From positions 1 through 40,730 of IMG/VR virus record IMGVR_UViG_3300005259_000081: a DNA stretch of 40,730 nucleotides, one strand, 5' to 3'. Shown here in pieces: positions 35,101-40,730 of the stretch. Positions within the stretch are counted from its first letter, which is position 1. Every line of letters begins with the position of its first letter. The notes beneath the pieces are model-generated. The model did not search any database. It was not told the DNA's origin and saw only the letters and a list, made by a program, of their open reading frames with translations. This DNA comes from a virus. Lineage: Duplodnaviria > Caudoviricetes. Position numbers and translations under genes: made by a program.

Positions 35101-35816
35101 ACAACCTGATTAAACGCGGCATGTCGGAAGCCGACGCCCACGCCCGGGCGATTGAGGAGTGGGAACGCAGCAGCAACCGAACCCAGCAAAGCGGCCAGGT
35201 GTCGGATATGAACAGCTATCAGCTCGGCGGCACGTTTACCCGGATGATGACCACCTATTTAAGTAACCCGATTCTCAATATGCAGGCGGAAGTGGAAACT
35301 ACCCTCGACGCCATACACGGCAGGGGCGGCGTCAAGACGTGGGAAAAGGCCGGGCGGCTGCTGGTCCTCAATCATGTGATCGTGCCGGGTATGATGGTTT
35401 GGATTTCACAAATTTTCAAACACCGGGAAAAATTCGACGAGTACGAGTTTTCCGAATTCGTGATCGGTTCGCTGATGGGACCGTTCGAGGGGCTTTTCCT
35501 GTTCGGCAAAGCGCTCGACAGCGTCGCTACGGCCGCGCTCGGCGGCTTTGATCGCGGCGTTGAAGCGTTGCCGCTGGCCGCTGACGTATCTAAGGTTTTC
35601 CAGTTGGCCCGGAAAACCATCAAGGACGGATTCACGCCGGAGCCGCTGGAAATTTTAAAGGCGGTCGAAGCGATCGGCGGCGCGCTGACTCCGATCTCCA
35701 ACCCTGCCGCCGTGGCCGGGGCGGCCGGACGCGAGGGGCGCCGCTGGTGGCAGTTCATCACCGGCGATTCCGGCAAAAAGAAACATTCAACGTACACTTT
35801 TCACATGGGAGATTAG
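29136..35816 (+). CDS. Giant internal virion protein (gp16 position) with zincin-like and putative BECR-like domains
   Basis: TAATG overlap start; PWEMNWQT x2; ILHEAAGHYGL..EEMLA; 2226 aa. Confidence 0.8.
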   Translation: MNPWEMNWQTATPAATVQPWEMNWQTPASDPVEALFNPVPQIDRNKLALSFRGDPLAGLDPARRETVSNYCNLFANPDEEAKKQVLSLYLADKFHVTPAAAQDNLQHFLDVFTNKKGIAVDDAYKRIGAILNPQAKPAPVTAEPNLKPLTQPWGGIGSPIDPADVAEVKKLSAELKNEAAPSYKVKGDQSLASSIWNFIEGSTVQAATGIADFNYMGQDMNARSLAELAKPVKIGDRLYSSSNAVEQLAKTAQQDAEAALKQSETMHNIVEYDRAASGISEAGVAGAFQEQGLKGGIVNLAKEVLFQTPAQVVNSAVLLANPTFGMGYVFSTSTGNKYFDLKDDPMSYSARVINSVATGAVNGGLERAISLPILKGRGIDRQLIAAGVKAELIKPLAKNAVKEAGEESLEQIGENITDLLTKRDNLDTTGWHVADYAQYLRRGVADSAIMGAIFSGPMSGVGYLQAKSYAQLEQARADLRAGLRQHADQLMALDDPSDAQIADLRRTEQLLQNQDMDAVAEDLRDDVIRAASKRSEMDSEDMDVNAVSARQEWQRLPRPETADFTAVKSTVDELAQAYPALTFETVRTENDIPASVRDRMEAGPVRIRGAIDEADHKVYVVADRLAPDQVAPVILHEAAGHYGLHAAFGSRVDGILDGIARDYLDKYRPESFDEDNNLVPAQLPPGKYGAAAEHAVQRYGGENVEPAARRLQAEEMLAHIAESDAKPNWWRDVLARLKQYLRTVPGFRNLRFTDRELEGILAASKRAAQKADAATDGNDVMAAAAAFRRPGAPNTAEKPGQLRDGNVPHNYDALRNNGFTDGYRLYADYEFLRGKHDEYFDSPEAARAAVEFVLANPVPAKDMGANAAFMRKDESTGKYYRVEVRRALTGNAHHIRSAHEITETQYEKNKSVIADPAEAERLHRKQRPEQALTDFYRKDNGSGENVKELERKGKNQRGPLGTSALHDSSLYDNNNAESGNVKTSLAIPSNAEVAAMGKMLLPGVVSGKVNSAADAVKYLKDEHGVEVDEADAGFGWGEAKRLNTQQNKRAETRRYQQWLSEIHPEISAIINRLGDTVKIKPDAKFGRKKDFGGSWIDWKKGMPSDEAARRLGIDEEKLVEALRDQTKTQLKEDFKTHEKDLSGDSYFAKLAAEDRARTVEELTDRVLDGQTELTKELRKEYPEVAEAVYKRITGKDGNPDDLFDWDAARSALRDADHDVSGYMEGYKAGKSEGGKAYAAVLETVRAERADLVKTQKTLTDYAYKMLPKGQRDAVLKLINKLAEASPNPSAKYPYGKRRAMLEKIMDTIKQQRDLIRAGELRDKLAERLQSTTLKRGQQSGKPVGKYAPEVQAKLDEIREISRMSPGRAWGEMKELQSRAEQMEAAGEDPTQVLERLAMLQKFSVPQYKAAPELESALAEVQTLIHTGRMALQRELEARKKLLEAHRQTMVDETTGGAGLLSPQQEAKLRQERAGTLTEAAKSFWRGNLNFEWLMDRLTRFSGKPLEETFSGECVRNVHRASQRELTGRRTRGNAFNDAFDAAFGTTGSISRSKVYQDLRRLEDNTGVMRYQRPPESGRGLEYERMTVDEARELLRDHDEKTAVLPEYEAEAIRHQLDDFDAGERGKAAGFKFGDDFTDDVMRRMNEENSVGHVVIPRIKDPGELVEQPLTQAQALQLRLCWDQDNVRYKMMFNGWNKESIEQLDKFIKPEVKAIGDYMRAELEKDFANVNGVFEKMYYAAMPHTENYWPTSYDVNTGAAGNTKDQFGMSYGMAAVSPGALKSRRFHLMEPKADDAFSIYAAHVVQMEHFKALAPVVRDLRGVFNAPDVRRAIQQQHGDTAYTDLIKNLTWIADGGRRDAEKIGLLATIYSPWVASKMMFNISSATKQLAGAANYMNDIPVSAFVRGTAAFFRNPKENARMLTETDYFKNRWGGAMDRDLNMLLDWSSSVAGKQSGWMRALVQEGAILNKAGDALSVVCAGYAVYKYHHDNLIKRGMSEADAHARAIEEWERSSNRTQQSGQVSDMNSYQLGGTFTRMMTTYLSNPILNMQAEVETTLDAIHGRGGVKTWEKAGRLLVLNHVIVPGMMVWISQIFKHREKFDEYEFSEFVIGSLMGPFEGLFLFGKALDSVATAALGGFDRGVEALPLAADVSKVFQLARKTIKDGFTPEPLEILKAVEAIGGALTPISNPAAVAGAAGREGRRWWQFITGDSGKKKHSTYTFHMGD

Positions 35817-35820
35817 ATAG

Positions 35821-37236
35821 ATGACCATTTCGAGCACAACCACAAAGGCGCGTTTTACCGCCAACGGCAGTAATGCGGTGTTCCCGGTCGCATTCCGGTT
35901 TACCGCGGCAACTGATTTGACGGTCTATCTCACGCCGACCGGCGGGGCACTGACCCAACAGACCCTCAACACCGATTACACGGTGGCCGACGCGACCGGC
36001 GGGACCGATTTCGACGCCGGCGGCAATGTGACCTTTAAAACCGCTCCGGCGTCGGGTGCGCTGGTGACGATCCTGCGCGTGTTGCCGCTGACACAGAATT
36101 TAGACTTGACCACTAACGGACGGTTACCGGCGGAATCGCTGGAAAGCGAATTGGACCGCCTGACCATGATCGCCCAGCAGCAGCAGGAGGAGCTGGACCG
36201 CGCGGTCAAACTCGGCGAGGATACCGCATCGACCGCCACGCCGGACGCACTGGCCGCCGAATTAAACACTGCGGTAAATAATGCTTCCGCCAGCGCAACG
36301 AATGCGGCAAACTCAGCGACTCAGTCGGCCAACAGTGCAACTCAGGCCGCAAACTCGGCGACTCAGTCGGCCAACAGTGCAACTCAGGCCGCCGCCAGTG
36401 CCGTAGCTGCGGCAAACAGTGTCACCGCCGTTACCGCGCTGGATAACAAGCTGCACCATCCGGCTTGTGGGCGCCTGACGCTCTACAGTGGTGATCCCGA
36501 GGGGGCAAACAGTGTTGCCGCCGGAACTACACTATACTATAGCCCCTACACAGGCAACGACATTGCGCTATACGATGGAACGAAATGGGCCAATTACTCG
36601 TTTGTGGAGCTTTCCCTCGCATTAACTGGATTGGCGGCAAATACCAATTATGATATTTTTGTGTACAACAACGCAGGCACGCTCACGCTATCAGTCACTC
36701 CATGGAGTACTTTGCTGCTACGGGCTACGGCGTTGGTGCGGCAGGACGGTGTGTGGGTTAAGTCCGGTGCTCCCGGATATCGATATCTCGGTACGATCGG
36801 TACTACGGCAACGGCGGGAACATGTGCCCATACGCAAAACAGGCGGTTTGTCTGGAATTTTTATAATCAAGTAATGACCTACCTGCAAACCAGCAATTCC
36901 AATACGTCCTGGACATATTCAACGGTTGCCGCGAGAGAATACAACGGAGGGACAGGGCAGACCCGGGGCGAGTATGTTTCAGGGTTTAACGCAATGTTGC
37001 TGCCCTTCATGGAACAATCAGCCCAGGCCGGGCAGGGGCATTTGTATCTGCGGTTAGACGGTACTGCGGAATTAGGTCGGGCGTCTTATACCACGTCCGG
37101 TTGCTTGAACTGCGTTATCAGTTACCCGAGTTTGGCCGGACAAGGTTATCATTACCTGTCGCAATATGAATACTGTACGGGTACGGCCCTGACGACCTGG
37201 GGTATTTATCCGTCCTTTGTTTGCTTTAACAGCTAA
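35821..37236 (+). CDS. Tail fibre protein
   Basis: T7 gp17-like N-terminal adaptor (NGS..F.F..DLTVY..DYTV..VTILR..LDRLTMIAQQ), heptad stalk, beta-rich C-terminus. Confidence 0.9.
   Translation: MTISSTTTKARFTANGSNAVFPVAFRFTAATDLTVYLTPTGGALTQQTLNTDYTVADATGGTDFDAGGNVTFKTAPASGALVTILRVLPLTQNLDLTTNGRLPAESLESELDRLTMIAQQQQEELDRAVKLGEDTASTATPDALAAELNTAVNNASASATNAANSATQSANSATQAANSATQSANSATQAAASAVAAANSVTAVTALDNKLHHPACGRLTLYSGDPEGANSVAAGTTLYYSPYTGNDIALYDGTKWANYSFVELSLALTGLAANTNYDIFVYNNAGTLTLSVTPWSTLLLRATALVRQDGVWVKSGAPGYRYLGTIGTTATAGTCAHTQNRRFVWNFYNQVMTYLQTSNSNTSWTYSTVAAREYNGGTGQTRGEYVSGFNAMLLPFMEQSAQAGQGHLYLRLDGTAELGRASYTTSGCLNCVISYPSLAGQGYHYLSQYEYCTGTALTTWGIYPSFVCFNS
36307..36390. repeat. 42-bp tandem duplication in the tail fibre stalk
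   Basis: Two copies with one mismatch, encoding ANSATQSANSATQA. Confidence 0.85.
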
Positions 37237-37250
37237 TAGGAGTTCACAGC

Positions 37251-37628
37251 ATGAAATTAGTAGATTTGCATGCAGCTATTGAGGCCGTTTGTCCCATTAT
37301 CGGGGTCTGTCAGACTGCAACCGGCTCGTATGTGGTCAATTATGCGGCAACGGCAACCGAAGCGCAAAAAGCCGAAGCGCAAAAAATTATTGCCGATCCG
37401 TCCGCAGTGGAAGCGGCCCTTGCCGCCAAGCTAAACACGTTGACGGCTGCGCTGGCGTCAGTCATCGCCGAAATCAACGGCAAATATGCGGGACTGTCCA
37501 TAACGGCCGATGACACCATTTCGGCAGCCGCCACTAAAATGATCGAGTCCGGCGTGATCTGGTCAGACGTGGACACCTACGGCGCCCGGCTCAAGCTGCT
37601 TTATGACGCAATTAACGAGCTTAAATAG
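37251..37628 (+). CDS. Tail fibre-associated protein/chaperone candidate
   Basis: Position after the tail fibre gene; AGGAG RBS. Confidence 0.55.
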   Translation: MKLVDLHAAIEAVCPIIGVCQTATGSYVVNYAATATEAQKAEAQKIIADPSAVEAALAAKLNTLTAALASVIAEINGKYAGLSITADDTISAAATKMIESGVIWSDVDTYGARLKLLYDAINELK

Positions 37629-37640
37629 GAGGTTTTCGCA

Positions 37641-38093
37641 ATGAGGAAATTGAGCGCGGATCGCCCGGTCATTACCGAGCATTATGTCAATGGCGAGTGG
37701 GACGGCGTCACCTGGGAGCTGTCGCAAGACTGGACCTGTACGTTTGAAAATGATCGGGTCAAACTGACCATCACCATCAAGGCCGGTTTTACCACCGACG
37801 GCGGCAGTATCCCCAAGATATTCCAGAATATTATTTCTTCTTTAGGGATTTATTTGCTGGCGTTTTTGGTGCACGATGCGCTGTACGCCTCGGAAGCCGT
37901 CAGCCGCTCGGAGGCGGACTGGATACTGTTGGAACTCCTGCAGGCGCTCGGCGCGTCCTGGATTCGACGCAATGAAATCTGGTCGGCGGTGCGGATCGGC
38001 GGCGGTGCGGTCTGGAAACAGCACACGATCGCCAGCATTGCCGCCGCCCGGGCGCTGGTCACTCTCAACCATCAATTGAAAGGAGCGGTGTAA
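37641..38093 (+). CDS. DUF1353 family protein
   Basis: GFTTDGGSIP, VHDALY, RSEAD, AVRIGG. Confidence 0.85.
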   Translation: MRKLSADRPVITEHYVNGEWDGVTWELSQDWTCTFENDRVKLTITIKAGFTTDGGSIPKIFQNIISSLGIYLLAFLVHDALYASEAVSRSEADWILLELLQALGASWIRRNEIWSAVRIGGGAVWKQHTIASIAAARALVTLNHQLKGAV

Positions 38094-38344
38094 TGGAGAT
38101 CGGAACTACTATCGCGGTGATTGTAGCCGTCGGCGAATTTGTGGCAATTTGTTTCATGACGCCGATGGTCGGCCGGATCGGGGAAATCGAAAAGAAGCTA
38201 ATCGAAATGGACAAGAAGCTCAAGACCGATGAGCAGCTTGATGACGCAATCGATCTGAAAATCTACGGTCACATGAATAAATGTGCCGCCCATCAGGGCG
38301 CGGCATTCAGTAAAACTAAAAAAATCAATTTGGACGAATTGTAA
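38093..38344 (+). CDS. Holin-like single-TM protein
   Basis: N-terminal TM segment, coiled coil and charged tail, in the lysis position. Confidence 0.5.
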   Translation: MEIGTTIAVIVAVGEFVAICFMTPMVGRIGEIEKKLIEMDKKLKTDEQLDDAIDLKIYGHMNKCAAHQGAAFSKTKKINLDEL

Positions 38345-38378
38345 TTAAACCGCTCTTGACCGGGCAAAGGAGTATATT

Positions 38379-39014
38379 ATGAACTGGATGGCTTATGTAT
38401 TGTTGGCATTGTCGCTGATTGCGGTAATAGTAATGGTGCGGCACTTATGGCGCGGAATTAACTTTTTACGGAAGTTAACTCCGCTGGATTTCTGGGCCGT
38501 TGTTTTGGCGTTCGGGATTGTCGGCCTGGTGGCGGGGTGTGCATCAACCAGTACTATCCGGGAATTTGACCGCGACACCGGAAAAATGACCAAGGAAACC
38601 ATTACCAAAGAGTCGGTGGTTCAACAGGTGATTGCATCAACAAAAAATAAATCTGTTTTTTTGTTCCGTGAAGACTACACGGTGGGCATAAAGGCCGAAC
38701 CGAGCGAAAAAATGTTTTCGCTGGAGGCAGTATATCATCACGACAATAACGGTGTTGCCTCTGTTCTGCCGGAACATAACAACGCAGCAACGCTTAATGC
38801 CATTGCAACGTGTCTTGCGGTCATGAAGCGCACGGATAGCGTAAGTATTACCGCGAATGGCATTAGCTCCGGCAGCGGCTCATCCAGCGTAACCAGCAGC
38901 GGGGCCAGCGGCAGCAGTACCAACACCACAACCACTACCGGCAGCACTTCGGCAACCTCAATGGCCGCCGAAGCCACTAATACCACGGTAGATACCGGAG
39001 TTACCAGCAAATGA
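38379..39014 (+). CDS. Putative lipoprotein with Ser/Thr-rich tail
   Basis: Hydrophobic segment ending in LVAG-C lipobox. Confidence 0.65.
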   Translation: MNWMAYVLLALSLIAVIVMVRHLWRGINFLRKLTPLDFWAVVLAFGIVGLVAGCASTSTIREFDRDTGKMTKETITKESVVQQVIASTKNKSVFLFREDYTVGIKAEPSEKMFSLEAVYHHDNNGVASVLPEHNNAATLNAIATCLAVMKRTDSVSITANGISSGSGSSSVTSSGASGSSTNTTTTTGSTSATSMAAEATNTTVDTGVTSK

Positions 39015-39490
39015 AGATTGCAACCTTCCTTATCGCCCTGCTGCTTGGCATCTCAGTGTTTGCCGCCGGTCCAACTAGCTACGAATTGAAAAATGTGCGG
39101 GTGATCGACGGCGACACCATCGAGGCTGATGTGGTGCTTGGTCTTGGGGTTGTCCTGGTCAATCAATCGATCCGGCTGAATAATATCGATGCGCCGGAAA
39201 TCCATAGTACCAACCCCGTCGAAAAAGCGGCGGGGTTGGCGGTCAAACAATACGTAAACAAGCGCCTGACGTCGGCAAAGTCCGTTGAGATCATTGCCCC
39301 CAGCCGCGACAAGTACGGCCGCATTTTGGGGATAATCACGGTTGACGGGGCGTCGCTCGGTAGTGAGTTGCTCAATAAAGAGTATGTCCGCGTATATCAC
39401 GGCGAAGCCAAAACGCCTTGGATCAACGCGCAGTTGCAACGGATCATCGACGATCTGACCGCTACAGCGCCGCCAGTAACTCAGCCCTGA
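39011..39490 (+). CDS. Secreted thermonuclease (SNase family)
   Basis: Signal peptide ending VFA-A; RVIDGDT, IRLNNIDAPE, DKYGRIL. Confidence 0.9.
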   Translation: MKIATFLIALLLGISVFAAGPTSYELKNVRVIDGDTIEADVVLGLGVVLVNQSIRLNNIDAPEIHSTNPVEKAAGLAVKQYVNKRLTSAKSVEIIAPSRDKYGRILGIITVDGASLGSELLNKEYVRVYHGEAKTPWINAQLQRIIDDLTATAPPVTQP

Positions 39491-40730
39491 CCGTCTGCCA
39501 ATTCTCGGCGGTCATCGACTCCAGCCGCGCCCGGATCGTCATCAAGTCCGGCGCGGCTTTTTCGTTGTCTGGTGTGGCGGCTGATAAATAATCCGGCAGT
39601 TGTGCCAGAAACTTCAATTTTTCTTCTTTTCGGGCATGATTGATATAATGTTTGGTCATGTTTGGCGACATGTGCCCCAAAATACCCTGTACAATCGGCA
39701 ACGGAATATTGTTTACGGCAGCAATATAGGCGAACGTATGGCGCAAGCTGTGGATATCTTTTATTGAGGCAATCCGGCTGCGCCCGTCAACATTCCGTTG
39801 TGATTCGATACCGCAGACGGCCAGAAACTTTTTGACCGCCTTGGTAATCACCGCAGAATCTTTTAAGTAAGTGGTCGCCAATTCGGCAAAAACGTATTTG
39901 CCATCGCGCGACAGCGTTTTTAGATAGGCCGCCAGCGGCGGCAGAATGGGGATCTGTACCTCTGCCCCGGTTTTACGGGTGCGCTTGATTTCCAGCCATC
40001 CATCGTTAATCTGATCCCATTTCAGCAGGCAGATATCCCCTTTTCTCAATCCGGTACAAATTCCGGTCAAAAACAGTGGATATAACCAGGTACCCTTTGA
40101 TTTTTCGCCGATAATCCTCAGCTCGTCGGGCGTAAACGCCTCCCGGTCATTCTGTTCTCGCGCCATTCGCTCGATGGCGTCGAATGGATTTTCCATGCAG
40201 TGTTTACCGGTTTTAAAGACCTTGAAAATTAATTTAAGCGTCCCTATATACGTATTAATTGCCCGATTGGAAAGTTTCAGCGTGGTTTTTTTATTGGTTA
40301 TCGTTTTCCCTGCCCGTTCGTAGACAATCGGCGAAACCCGCCCTTTATCCTGTAAGTGTGTGATATAGCCGATCGCGTCTTTTTCATCAACGTCGGCCAG
40401 CGTGTTTTTATTGTTGGCGGTACAATAAGCGGCAAAATCTTCCCATACTGATTTATAGGCCGCCTTTAATTGTTCGCAAGGATGGCGTTTACGGGGAAAA
40501 TTGATAAAATACAGCCATGCTTCGGAAAAATTTATCTGCGAATTGACTAATCTGGTTTTTATCTGCTGATATACGCGCTCGGCGTTATTATCTCCGTGCA
40601 TCTCGGCAATTTTATTGCGCATCCATGCTTCGGCTTTTTTTTGCACAGTGTGACCAGTCGAAACTCGATACCGTTTCCCGGCCACGGTGAAGTCAGCCCA
40701 ATAAGTATTTTCGCGAAGATATAAAGCCAT
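39462..40730 (-). CDS. int: Prophage integrase (tyrosine recombinase)
   Basis: Arm-binding YWADFTVAGKRYRVST; TGLRKGD, RKTG, HSLRH, LGH, HY. Confidence 0.95.
   Translation of the reverse strand: MALYLRENTYWADFTVAGKRYRVSTGHTVQKKAEAWMRNKIAEMHGDNNAERVYQQIKTRLVNSQINFSEAWLYFINFPRKRHPCEQLKAAYKSVWEDFAAYCTANNKNTLADVDEKDAIGYITHLQDKGRVSPIVYERAGKTITNKKTTLKLSNRAINTYIGTLKLIFKVFKTGKHCMENPFDAIERMAREQNDREAFTPDELRIIGEKSKGTWLYPLFLTGICTGLRKGDICLLKWDQINDGWLEIKRTRKTGAEVQIPILPPLAAYLKTLSRDGKYVFAELATTYLKDSAVITKAVKKFLAVCGIESQRNVDGRSRIASIKDIHSLRHTFAYIAAVNNIPLPIVQGILGHMSPNMTKHYINHARKEEKLKFLAQLPDYLSAATPDNEKAAPDLMTIRARLESMTAENWQTVRAELLAAL

Larger units (their letters stand above)
1308..40730. mobile_element. Temperate podovirus-type prophage integrated at tRNA-Arg(CCT)
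   Basis: att fragment at left, integrase at right, and complete regulation, replication, packaging, head and T7-like short-tail modules with no tape-measure gene. Confidence 0.9.

Noticed and set aside
35821-37628. Diversity-generating retroelement (BPP-1-like phage architecture)
   Set aside because: No reverse transcriptase and no template/variable repeat pair seen in the window.

Overview
The window holds an apparently complete ~39.4-kb temperate podovirus-type prophage (1308 to just past 40730). Its left boundary is the 3' half of a tRNA-Arg(CCT) on the minus strand, broken in the anticodon loop. A second element's integrase (1..1191, truncated by the window edge) lies directly beyond, which indicates a tandem island array at one tRNA. 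Gene order: AT-rich membrane-protein moron; two XRE regulators with a divergent promoter switch; early genes (Xis-like HTHs, DNA methyltransferase, DUF5131, SprT-like protease, LexA-like DNA-binding domain, PAPS-reductase-like, ASCH); initiator with internal iterons plus DnaC-like loader; a catalytic-only tyrosine recombinase and an HTH_17 gene; TerS/TerL; portal, scaffold and capsid; T7-like tail tube proteins; three internal virion proteins including a 2226-aa polyvalent-type protein; tail fibre; a DUF1353/holin-like/lipoprotein/secreted-nuclease cassette; integrase. The most unusual signals are non-coding: (i) a capsid 5' leader that folds with three copies of one asymmetric internal loop, (ii) an identical 20-bp tandem-repeat box at the terminase and capsid promoters, (iii) a GGGA-rich start-associated motif confined to early genes, and (iv) two antisense sigma70-like promoters inside the giant virion gene, just downstream of a putative RNase domain. 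All family calls come from motifs read by eye, with no database searches. No CRISPR array, reverse transcriptase or rRNA was seen.
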